Below are positions 25,562 to 34,170 of a DNA stretch of 64,000 nucleotides, piece by piece. A program made the translations under genes and the position numbers. The stretch lies in the NCBI GenBank assembly GCA_045646625.1, contig JAZRLB010000019.1:13396-77395 (forward strand). The letters are read 5' to 3'. The notes beneath the pieces are model-generated. The model was not told the origin of the DNA and searched no databases. It was given only the letters and a program-made list of their open reading frames with translations. Positions within the stretch are counted from its first letter, which is position 1. Every line of letters begins with the position of its first letter. The stretch comes from Candidatus Enterousia sp. GTDB lineage: Bacteria; Pseudomonadota; Alphaproteobacteria; Rs-D84.

Positions 25562-26491
25562 TTATTCTTCGTTTGTGTAAACCACCAACACTCTATTACC
25601 TTTATAAAATTTTGCATATGGGATTGGTGTCGCACGCCCAAAGTTGCGCACCAAGGCTGACGCCACATCAACAAAGCGCCCTTTGAAAACCGCACTTGCT
25701 TCTATTGGATATTCGCGCGCCGTCGTCCAAACTAAATCCCAACCTTCCTTATCACACCAATTTTGCAAAACTTCGCGCAGGGTTTGTCCATTTGCCACAA
25801 CCCACGAACGAACTTGATCTGTCAAATTAACTGGTGCTTCTGCATCTGCAGACACATCGACTGCAATTTCCGTTTCCTCCTCGACAACTGTCACCCCGTC
25901 GCCCATCGTACCTTCAACAGCTATCTCTTCAGCTTTCATACCATTACGAACTGCGAACGCTTCGTACCCATCTGCATATTTGCCACAGTTTTTACGACCG
26001 CTGCGCGAAACCGCCAAAACGTTTCCGCCATCATCTTCCAGCACTTCGCGATGCAACAAAGACATCTCAGCCCCATTGCACTCATCATCAAATCCAACAG
26101 GCACCTGTGTCCCGTGCAACATATTTGCACCACCAGACCAACCGGCAAATTCGCCACGCGCCCCCAGATTAAAATTATTTTCAACAACTAAATCCGCACC
26201 GATCTTGGACACGATGCGAATATTATCGTCCTGCTTGGTCTTAGAACAAGCGGCACCATCACACGCAATTTCCACGTCTGCATCCGACCCCATCAAGGGC
26301 CACGCAGGCACTTCTGCTGGCGCCATATAGTCAACCTGGGCTATATCCATCTGTTCATACATGTCCTGATTTGCATAAACATCTTGTTCATAAAACACCT
26401 CAGAAGTAACAACCTGGGGCAAAGATTCTGCTGCAAAACAATAGCCCGCCGCGGTCGCAAACATCGCTACAATCAAAATTTTTCGGAACAT
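25562..26491 (-). CDS. TcpQ-domain (PilL/TcpQ-like) periplasmic protein
   Basis: Signal peptide MFRKILIVAMFATAAGYCFA. C-terminal TLREVLQNWCDKEGWDLVWTTAREYPIEASAVFKGRFVDVASALV matches the TcpQ/PilL C-domain pattern. Confidence 0.6.
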   Translation of the reverse strand: MFRKILIVAMFATAAGYCFAAESLPQVVTSEVFYEQDVYANQDMYEQMDIAQVDYMAPAEVPAWPLMGSDADVEIACDGAACSKTKQDDNIRIVSKIGADLVVENNFNLGARGEFAGWSGGANMLHGTQVPVGFDDECNGAEMSLLHREVLEDDGGNVLAVSRSGRKNCGKYADGYEAFAVRNGMKAEEIAVEGTMGDGVTVVEEETEIAVDVSADAEAPVNLTDQVRSWVVANGQTLREVLQNWCDKEGWDLVWTTAREYPIEASAVFKGRFVDVASALVRNFGRATPIPYAKFYKGNRVLVVYTNEE

Positions 26492-26663
26492 AAACGCCTT
26501 CCTTTCCTTATTAATTAATATTTATTATAACAATTTGACCGAATCTGTGCAAGACCTAAAACACACATAAATCAACCAAAAAATTTAATTTTATATAAAA
26601 TCGCACGAATCGCGAAAAGATGTTATACTGTAGACCAAACAACACTATTCTAAGGGGCATTTT

Positions 26664-27206
26664 ATGGAAACAATCATTATTTTTGTATTACTGGGCATAA
26701 CAATTGTATTATCTGGAATCACACTGCTGATTATCAACCACACAAATGTGCGCATCAACGACATCTGCAAAACCCAGGAACATCAATACGCCCTGATTGT
26801 CAAAATGCAGTCCATTCTAAAGAACAAATCCGCAACAAATGCTGTGGCTGAAAACGCAGAAATGATTTATCAAGACCTGCTGCAAAACCTTATCCCGGTT
26901 ATGGCGGCAATTGACATAATGCCACGCAACACATCTGAACACGCATTGTGGCGTGCACTGGGTGGCATTATGGACGAATACGCAAAAAATCCATTTGCAC
27001 TGGAAAAACTGCGCCGCGCAATAAAACTTGACTCCGAGGTCGCCAGATGCATCGACAATTATATGCGCCGCGCCGACAATTTTCTGCACCACCTAACCTC
27101 GACCGAACCGGACGGTCTATTATCTAACACATTTACAGACGGCCTGCTGGGACAATCACTGACCTTTTTCGCCCAGGCAAAACAACTGGCCGCGCAAAAC
27201 AATTAA
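26664..27206 (+). CDS. Hypothetical membrane-anchored protein heading the sufBC operon
   Basis: One N-terminal TM helix (IIIFVLLGITIVLSGITLLII). Ends 3 nt before the sufB start. No recognisable family. Confidence 0.55.
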   Translation: METIIIFVLLGITIVLSGITLLIINHTNVRINDICKTQEHQYALIVKMQSILKNKSATNAVAENAEMIYQDLLQNLIPVMAAIDIMPRNTSEHALWRALGGIMDEYAKNPFALEKLRRAIKLDSEVARCIDNYMRRADNFLHHLTSTEPDGLLSNTFTDGLLGQSLTFFAQAKQLAAQNN

Positions 27207-27209
27207 CAG

Positions 27210-28538
27210 ATGACTAAACTGTCCGAAAATCTTATTCGTGAAATATCCGCCAAACGCGATGAACCCGATTGGCTGTTGCAATGGCGTCTGGCCGCATATC
27301 GAACCTGGAAAAATATGATTGAACCACATTGGGCCGATCTGGAATACGAACCAATCGATTACGATTCGCTAAATTACTATAACGAACCCACCGCAATCGA
27401 TAATTCAGACCTGGAATCCGTTTACGACAAAATGGGACTGCCAGAAAGCGAAAAACGCGCATTACTTGGTATGGCAACAGACACTGTCATCGACAGCCGT
27501 TCTGTCCACACATCATACACAGCAGAACTGAAAAAACACGGAATTATATTTTTACCTTTTTCCGACGCGGTAAAAAAACACCCCGATCTGGTAAAGAAAC
27601 ACCTGGGCACAGTTGTACCTGCAACCGACAACTACTTTGCAGCCCTGAATGCTGCAGTATTTTCAGACGGCACATTTGTCTATATTCCACCACACACGAA
27701 ATGCCCAATTGACCTGGCCAGTTTCTTTCGTATTGAAACAGCAAAAATTGGCCAGTTCGAGCGCACACTAATCATCGCCGACAACGGCGCAGAACTTAGT
27801 TATATGGAAGGCTGCAGCGCCCCCCGCCGCCCCAATCACCAACTGCACAGCGGCGTTGTTGAAATTGTTGTTATGAACGATGCGACCGTAAAATATGCCA
27901 CCGTCCAAAACTGGTTTGCGGGTGATTTTAACGGCACAAAAAACCAAGGCGGCATACTAAACTTTGTCACCAAGCGTGGCCTGTGCCACGAAAACGCAAA
28001 GTTATTATGGACCCAGATGGAAGTTGGCAGCGCCCTAACCTGGAAATACCCATCTACAATTTTACGCGGTTTTGGTGCGTACAGCGACTTTTATTCACTG
28101 TCAATAACACGTGGCGGCCAAATGGCCGACACAGGCACAAAGATGATACACATTGGCGACAACACAACATCCAACATCGTATCATACGGCGTCGCCACGG
28201 ACGCATCCACCCAAACATTCCGCAGTCTGGTTTCCTTTACTGGCAACAACTGCACTAACGCATCCAAATGCGACAGCCGTATCATCGGCGACCAGGCCAC
28301 CGCAAACACCCTACCACGTATTATTCACAGCGGTCAAAACAATAGCCAATCACACGAAGCAACCACTGGCACCATCGACGCAGCCACATTAACATATCTG
28401 AATATGGCCGGCATTGATACAGATGCCGCCATTGCACTAATCATTGGCGCCGCAGCCACACCCATACTATCACGCCTGCCGATGGAATTTTTGGTTGAAT
28501 CAAAACAGTTAATACAAATGGCACTATCCAAGGACTAA
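27210..28538 (+). CDS. sufB: Fe-S cluster assembly protein SufB
   Basis: N-terminal ..EPDWLLQWRLAAYRTW.. and C-terminal ..LPMEFLVESKQLIQMAL typical of SufB. Confidence 0.88.
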   Translation: MTKLSENLIREISAKRDEPDWLLQWRLAAYRTWKNMIEPHWADLEYEPIDYDSLNYYNEPTAIDNSDLESVYDKMGLPESEKRALLGMATDTVIDSRSVHTSYTAELKKHGIIFLPFSDAVKKHPDLVKKHLGTVVPATDNYFAALNAAVFSDGTFVYIPPHTKCPIDLASFFRIETAKIGQFERTLIIADNGAELSYMEGCSAPRRPNHQLHSGVVEIVVMNDATVKYATVQNWFAGDFNGTKNQGGILNFVTKRGLCHENAKLLWTQMEVGSALTWKYPSTILRGFGAYSDFYSLSITRGGQMADTGTKMIHIGDNTTSNIVSYGVATDASTQTFRSLVSFTGNNCTNASKCDSRIIGDQATANTLPRIIHSGQNNSQSHEATTGTIDAATLTYLNMAGIDTDAAIALIIGAAATPILSRLPMEFLVESKQLIQMALSKD

Positions 28539-28541
28539 AAA

Positions 28542-29219
28542 ATGCTGGAAATAAAAAAATTAAGCGTATCTTTTGGTGACAACGAATTATTATCAGACAT
28601 AAATCTGACCATACCAAACGGCGCACGCAACCTGTTGACAGGACACAATGGTTCTGGAAAATCTACCCTGGCCCAAACAATTGCAGGCAACCCGGAATAT
28701 CGTATTACATCTGGAAAAATACTATTTGACAGCCGTGACATAACAACAGAAAATGCAACAACACGCGCCCTGTTGGGAATATTCTTGGGCGCACAACACG
28801 TACCCGAAATCCCGGGACTCAGCCTAATCAGTTTCCTTAAACATTCCGCAATCGCCCACAGCCACTTTCAAACCGGCCGCGAAATATCAATGGGCGAATT
28901 TATGCAACGTCTTGAATCTGCACGCGAACAGTTAAACATCCCACGCGAATGGCTGAATCGCAGTATGAACGTTGGTTTTTCAGGCGGCGAACGCAAACGC
29001 CTGATGCTGCTGCAACTGATTATGACAAACCCACGTCTGGCAATTTTAGACGAACCCGATTCTGGCGCCGACAGTGCCACCCAAGAATTGATTGCAAACA
29101 CCATAAACAGTATGACCGACACCACATTTATATTTATCAGCCACCAAGACACATTTACAAGAATGGTCAACCCAACACATTCTACAACTTTATCAAATGG
29201 AAAAATTATGATAAAATAA
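28542..29219 (+). CDS. sufC: Fe-S cluster assembly ATPase SufC
   Basis: Walker A GHNGSGKST, signature FSGGERKR, Walker B ILDEPDSGAD, H-loop ISHQ. Confidence 0.88.
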   Translation: MLEIKKLSVSFGDNELLSDINLTIPNGARNLLTGHNGSGKSTLAQTIAGNPEYRITSGKILFDSRDITTENATTRALLGIFLGAQHVPEIPGLSLISFLKHSAIAHSHFQTGREISMGEFMQRLESAREQLNIPREWLNRSMNVGFSGGERKRLMLLQLIMTNPRLAILDEPDSGADSATQELIANTINSMTDTTFIFISHQDTFTRMVNPTHSTTLSNGKIMIK

Positions 29220-29246
29220 TAACAATTAAAAAAACAGGGGAACGAT

Positions 29247-30173
29247 ATGAAACAAAAGAACACCAAACAGTTTTCAATTTGGACACTTTGGTCACCAATC
29301 AAATTTGCCACCATTTCATTTTGCTTGATGGTATCAATCGCATTTATATATGGCCTGATTGGACATTCTGTCTATAACCCAACCGCAATTTCTCAGACAT
29401 TACTGTTCACGCTACTGGGCATCGCAATAGTGGGCGCCGGCTTTATTCAGATAAAAACACTGCCGCGCGAAAAAATGGACCGCACATCTTTCATTGCAAT
29501 CCACAATACTCAAACTGCAATTATGTCATTGCTGTTTTTAATTTCTTCATACCTGATTATACGCTATGCACAACAAATTATGATCCATTTACTAATTATG
29601 GAAACACGTATATCAATCACATTCTTAATCACAATGACCGCAACATTGCTGTTTTATCTGTACCTGTTGGGTCTGAACATCGCCAACATTTATGCAAAAT
29701 TCCGTCGTGCGCGCGAAATGAACATTCCAACATGGAAAATTATTTTCAGTATGCCATTTGGATTTGCGGCATTGTGGGCTCCAGGCTATATCCTAGCAAC
29801 AGACAACACAAAACAAGCCACAATCGCCCCAAAATCTAAACAATTACAAGCCGCCACAGAATGGATAACTCAACGTCCAGCACATACAATCGCAGCCTTT
29901 ATCGCAGTCACATTGTTATCTGGATTCTTCTTTGGCTTTAACGCCGTATTATTAACTTTTTCATTAACACTTGTATTTGGCATATGGGCACTGCAACGTG
30001 GCACAAAAAATTTCACAAAAAATATGCCCGGGAAATACTCATCAGCCGCGGTCATATTCAACATAATAATACTGGCCCTGTTCTTTGTGTATTTTACATT
30101 AATCCCACAAACAACACAAGAGGTCCAAGCCACAATAACCACCCCAGAACAAATCGAAATAATCGAGCAATAA
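29247..30173 (+). CDS. Hypothetical polytopic membrane protein (sits where sufD would be expected)
   Basis: About 8 hydrophobic segments. No family recognised. Confidence 0.55.
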   Translation: MKQKNTKQFSIWTLWSPIKFATISFCLMVSIAFIYGLIGHSVYNPTAISQTLLFTLLGIAIVGAGFIQIKTLPREKMDRTSFIAIHNTQTAIMSLLFLISSYLIIRYAQQIMIHLLIMETRISITFLITMTATLLFYLYLLGLNIANIYAKFRRAREMNIPTWKIIFSMPFGFAALWAPGYILATDNTKQATIAPKSKQLQAATEWITQRPAHTIAAFIAVTLLSGFFFGFNAVLLTFSLTLVFGIWALQRGTKNFTKNMPGKYSSAAVIFNIIILALFFVYFTLIPQTTQEVQATITTPEQIEIIEQ

Positions 30174-30217
30174 GAACCGCCATACGCACGATTTATTGAA
30201 ACACAAAGGAAACACAT

Positions 30218-31261
30218 ATGCACGGAATTATAATTTTCACCGCCATAATTTTCTTTCTTTGGATTGCACGTTCGATACTGATACCTATATTGGTTGCGGC
30301 ATTTCTATGGTATTTAATGAACGCAATATCAGACTATTACCGCCGTGTTTTACCATACAAAAATCCATCAACAAAACGAACCAAACTTGTATCACATATT
30401 TTTGACTGGCTGGCCAACGTCGGCACATTGGCAACCATTGGTTTAATTGTCTATTTATTTGCGACCCAGATTCAGCCAATGTTTTCAGAATTAACCAATG
30501 CCCTGCCCGCGATTCAAGAAAAATTAACCCATCTTGGTGCATATCTATCCGAATCTATCGGCATAAAATTTGACGCCAGCATAATTCCAAACCTGACCAA
30601 GGTCGCCGCAAACATTGGCGCATCTGTTGCTGGAATCGCCACATCATTTGGAATGGTACTGGTATATTTAATATTTATGTTTGTCGAACAAAGCACATTC
30701 AACAGCAAATTTGCCGCGATGTTCCCAGGACGTCGGCAACACAAAAAAATGCGCTATATCCTGGACAGTATCGACACAAATATGAAAAAATATTTATTTG
30801 TAAAAACCGCGATTTCCGCCATCACCGGCATCGCATCATTTATATGGCTGCAACTTATTGGCGTTGAATTTGCGGGCATTTGGGCATTTATCGTATTTAT
30901 CACCAGCTATATCCCAACAATCGGTGCAATTGTCGCGTGCACGCTGCCAATCCTGTATTCTTTGGTATCCGCCCCCACGCTACAGCAACCGATTTTAACG
31001 GCCATTGGTTTAATCACAATGCAAATATTATTTGGCAACATAATCGAACCGAAACTAACCGGAAAAACACTAAATCTATCAACACTGGCAATTTTGATAA
31101 ACCTTGTGGTATGGGGAATGATATGGGGCATCGCCGGTATGTTCTTCAGTGTTCCTTTATTGGTTGCAATATACATTATCTGCGCACAATTTGATTCCAC
31201 CCGTTGGGTCGCGGTCCTGCTGTCCGCAGACGGACAAATTCCCGACAAAAATGAAGAATAA
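30218..31261 (+). CDS. AI-2E family transporter (PerM/YhhT-like)
   Basis: Polytopic protein with a conserved ..IPTIGAIVACTLPILYSL.. core typical of UPF0118/AI-2E. Confidence 0.8.
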   Translation: MHGIIIFTAIIFFLWIARSILIPILVAAFLWYLMNAISDYYRRVLPYKNPSTKRTKLVSHIFDWLANVGTLATIGLIVYLFATQIQPMFSELTNALPAIQEKLTHLGAYLSESIGIKFDASIIPNLTKVAANIGASVAGIATSFGMVLVYLIFMFVEQSTFNSKFAAMFPGRRQHKKMRYILDSIDTNMKKYLFVKTAISAITGIASFIWLQLIGVEFAGIWAFIVFITSYIPTIGAIVACTLPILYSLVSAPTLQQPILTAIGLITMQILFGNIIEPKLTGKTLNLSTLAILINLVVWGMIWGIAGMFFSVPLLVAIYIICAQFDSTRWVAVLLSADGQIPDKNEE

Positions 31262-31282
31262 AAAACGCGCTATACGCATAAA

Positions 31283-31303
31283 AACCGGGCATTATGCCCG
31301 GTT
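31283..31303. terminator. Hairpin between AI-2E gene and ruvX 3' ends
   Basis: CCGGGCA-tta-TGCCCGG overlapping the ruvX stop codon. Confidence 0.55.
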
Positions 31304-31735
31304 AATCATTGCGATTGCATTTTCTAATATCACACGTGCAGATTCTGAATCCAGTCTTTCTTTTAAATCCCGCACACGCCCCATTTCTTCTTGGGCAATT
31401 GCCGACGTCAGATTTTCTTCAATCAGGCAAATTGGCAAATCTGTTTTCTTTTCCAAATCAGCGACAAAATCACGCACCATTTTTGTTGTCGTCGATTCCG
31501 TTCCGTCTGTAAACAGTGGCAATCCCACAACAATTCCAACCACCCCTTCGTCGTGCGCCATATTCGCAATTCTTTGCGCATGATTATCGGCACCACGCGC
31601 TAAGACAATCGCGTCACGCACAAAGACAAATTCTCTATCTGGGCTGCTGACTGCAACCCCTATACGACGCAATCCCCAATCAATTCCCAAAACGCGTCCC
31701 GAACGCGGAAAAGCCTTGAAATCTGGCAAAATCAT
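31292..31735 (-). CDS. ruvX: Holliday junction resolvase-like / pre-16S rRNA nuclease RuvX (YqgF)
   Basis: VLGIDWGLRRIGVAVS N-terminal motif. 147 aa. Confidence 0.88.
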   Translation of the reverse strand: MILPDFKAFPRSGRVLGIDWGLRRIGVAVSSPDREFVFVRDAIVLARGADNHAQRIANMAHDEGVVGIVVGLPLFTDGTESTTTKMVRDFVADLEKKTDLPICLIEENLTSAIAQEEMGRVRDLKERLDSESARVILENAIAMINRA

Positions 31736-31772
31736 TGTATAATTCCTTTACTTTATAAATATAGGATTGAAA

Positions 31773-32069
31773 ATGGCATTTAGCAAGCAACAATTACAAA
31801 AATTCGCAGACCTGATAAAAATCGAAATATCAGATGAAAAACTGGCACAAATGAATATTGACTCTGTTGTTGATTGGCTGGATAAATTACAAAAAATCGA
31901 CACCACTGGTGTTGAACCACTGTTAAATCCATCCGAACATAAATTACCAATGCGTGATGACGTTGTAACCGACGGCAACATTCGTGATTTGGTTTTGGCA
32001 AACACGCCCGACAACGCGGGCACATCACGCGGCTATTTTGCAGTACCCAAGGTTATGGATGGTGAATAA
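31773..32069 (+). CDS. gatC: Asp/Glu-tRNA amidotransferase subunit C
   Basis: ..LAQMNIDSVVDWLDKLQKIDTTGVEPL.. GatC pattern. ATG at 31773 with AGGA 6 nt upstream. Confidence 0.88.
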   Translation: MAFSKQQLQKFADLIKIEISDEKLAQMNIDSVVDWLDKLQKIDTTGVEPLLNPSEHKLPMRDDVVTDGNIRDLVLANTPDNAGTSRGYFAVPKVMDGE

Positions 32070-32070
32070 A

Positions 32071-32508
32071 ATGAAAAACAAACGCATTCCAGTCAATTTT
32101 GTTGTCACAGACCGCTATGACACAACGCTTGATACATTCACCCAAAAAATGGGCGACATAACTTTGCAAGATTTGGATTTTCTGATGTTCGAATTTTCAG
32201 ACTCAAAAAACAGTTCCAACACCAGATCGTGCGCAACGACAATGTCTTTGGAACATCGCGACACCGTAAACTATGGTCCAAACCCATTTCACAATCGCCG
32301 CAGCCGCAGTCTGGATATATCAAACATATTTTATTTTGATCACACCACACCAAAGTGCGAACGAATGAAACGTTCAGACTATACCTGCACAGAACAAAAA
32401 ATGGCAATATGTTGCAAAAATTTAAAAAACGGCAAATGCTGTGATGAATTTATCCGCAACACACTGGGCGCAATACTGTTCCCACAACACTATGGAAAGC
32501 AAAAATGA
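32071..32508 (+). CDS. Hypothetical 145-aa protein inserted between gatC and gatA
   Basis: The ATG is 1 nt after the gatC stop. Its stop overlaps the gatA start (ATGA). Cys-rich C-terminus CCKNLKNGKCCDEF. No family recognised. Confidence 0.55.
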   Translation: MKNKRIPVNFVVTDRYDTTLDTFTQKMGDITLQDLDFLMFEFSDSKNSSNTRSCATTMSLEHRDTVNYGPNPFHNRRSRSLDISNIFYFDHTTPKCERMKRSDYTCTEQKMAICCKNLKNGKCCDEFIRNTLGAILFPQHYGKQK

Positions 32509-33971
32509 TTAACCTAACACTAACCGAAGCATTACAAAAATTAAACGCACGCGAAATTTCCGCGGTGGAATTAACACGCGCCTATCTGGACCGCATTGAA
32601 AAATATGGCGCGGATTTAAATTGCTATATCACCACCACACCGGAACGCGCAATGGCCGATGCGGCCGCATCTGATGCACGTCGCGCCGCGGGCGACACCC
32701 TGCCATTGGACGGCGCACCAATCGCAATGAAGGACTTGTTCGCTACACGCAACATCCGCACAACGGCCGCATCACGTATGTTGGAAAATTTTGTACCGGA
32801 ATACGAATCCACTGTTTCACAAAAGTTTATTGATGCCGGCACCGTTTTATTGGGCAAGGCAAACTTGGACGAATTCGCAATGGGCACATTCAGCAAGACA
32901 TCCTATTTTGGCGCCCCAATTAATCCATGGCAAATTGAAAAACAATTAACCGCAGGCGGCTCTTCTGGCGGTTCTACATCTGCAGTGGCGGGCGGCTTAG
33001 CCATTGCAGCGACCGGCACCGACACGGGCGGCTCAATCCGTTTTCCTGCGGCAATCACAGGTTTGGTTGGAATGAAGCCTACATACGGTCTGTGTTCACG
33101 TTGGGGCTGTGTCGCATTCGCATCCAGCCTGGACACACCGGGACCAATTACACGCACGGTTGACGATGCCGCATTGATGTTATCTGCGATGGCGGGGCAC
33201 GACCCACTGGATTCAACCAGTGCTACAAACGGATTTAAATGCGACGCACCACTGGAACCAGTCTTAGGCAACGGCAAGAAATTACGCGTTGGGGTAATCA
33301 AAGAATTTGCAAACGTTGAAATTTCAAATGATATGAAATTATTGTTAGAAAAACGCATTGCCGATTTGAAATCTATGGGCGCAGAAATTGTTGAAATATC
33401 TATTCCAAACATTCTGGACGCATTGGCGGCATACTACATCATCGCCCCGGCCGAAGCGTCTTCTAACCTGGCGCGCTATGACGGTATGCGTTATGGCCTG
33501 CGCGTCGAAGGTCACGATATTTACGACACTTTCAAAAAGACACGCGCCGCCGGATTTGGCGACGAAGTACAACGCCGTATGATTATCGGCACGGCCGTTT
33601 TAAGCAGTGAATCCTATGACGTATACTTTATGCAGGCCGCACGCGTTCGCCGTATGATTGCGGACAGTTTCAACGCGGCATTCGAACAATGCGATTTAAT
33701 CGTATGCCCATCATCTGCCGGCACCGCTATGCCATTGACTTCTGACTTGACGCCACTGGAATATTATGCCCTGGATTTATTCACGGTTGCGATGAATTTG
33801 GCCGGCGTACCTGCGTGCAGTGTACCATGTGGTCTGGCAACAAACGGTCTGCCACTGGGAATTCAGGTTGTTGGCGCACGCTTTGATGATATGCGCGTTC
33901 TGCAATTGGCAAAACACATTGAAACAGCCGCTAACATTGACAACCGCCCAACGGTAATTATGGGGAAATAA
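32505..33971 (+). CDS. gatA: Asp/Glu-tRNA amidotransferase subunit A
   Basis: Amidase signature GGSSGGSTSAVAGG..GTDTGGSIR. Confidence 0.93.
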   Translation: MINLTLTEALQKLNAREISAVELTRAYLDRIEKYGADLNCYITTTPERAMADAAASDARRAAGDTLPLDGAPIAMKDLFATRNIRTTAASRMLENFVPEYESTVSQKFIDAGTVLLGKANLDEFAMGTFSKTSYFGAPINPWQIEKQLTAGGSSGGSTSAVAGGLAIAATGTDTGGSIRFPAAITGLVGMKPTYGLCSRWGCVAFASSLDTPGPITRTVDDAALMLSAMAGHDPLDSTSATNGFKCDAPLEPVLGNGKKLRVGVIKEFANVEISNDMKLLLEKRIADLKSMGAEIVEISIPNILDALAAYYIIAPAEASSNLARYDGMRYGLRVEGHDIYDTFKKTRAAGFGDEVQRRMIIGTAVLSSESYDVYFMQAARVRRMIADSFNAAFEQCDLIVCPSSAGTAMPLTSDLTPLEYYALDLFTVAMNLAGVPACSVPCGLATNGLPLGIQVVGARFDDMRVLQLAKHIETAANIDNRPTVIMGK

Positions 33972-34002
33972 AATGAAAATAATGTCCAGCATTTTCTGCA
34001 AT

Positions 34003-34025
34003 AAAAAAATCGACCACACGGTCGA
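34003..34025 (-). terminator. Intrinsic terminator of tRNA-Phe
   Basis: Minus strand reads TCGACC-gtgt-GGTCGA followed by TTTTTTT. Confidence 0.7.
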
Positions 34026-34039
34026 ATTCAGAAAGGAGA

Positions 34040-34115
34040 TGGTGGCTAGGGACGGAATCGAACCGCCGACACAGGGATTTTCAGTCCCTTGCTCTACCAA
34101 CTGAGCTACCTAGCC
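34040..34115 (-). tRNA. tRNA-Phe (GAA), CCA encoded
   Basis: Hand-folded cloverleaf: acceptor GGCTAGG/CCTAGCC, D-arm GCTC/GAGC, anticodon arm AGGGA-CTGAAAA-TCCCT, T-loop GGTTCGATTCC, 3' ACCA. Confidence 0.93.
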
Positions 34116-34127
34116 AACGCAGGGTCA

Positions 34128-34156
34128 ATAATAAGATACGAAAAACAAAAAAGCAA
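34128..34156 (-). promoter_or_regulatory. Putative sigma70 promoter of tRNA-Phe
   Basis: Minus strand reads TTGCTT, 17-nt spacer, TATTAT, ending 12 nt before the tRNA 5' end. Confidence 0.5.
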
Positions 34157-34170
34157 GGGAAAAAGATAAA

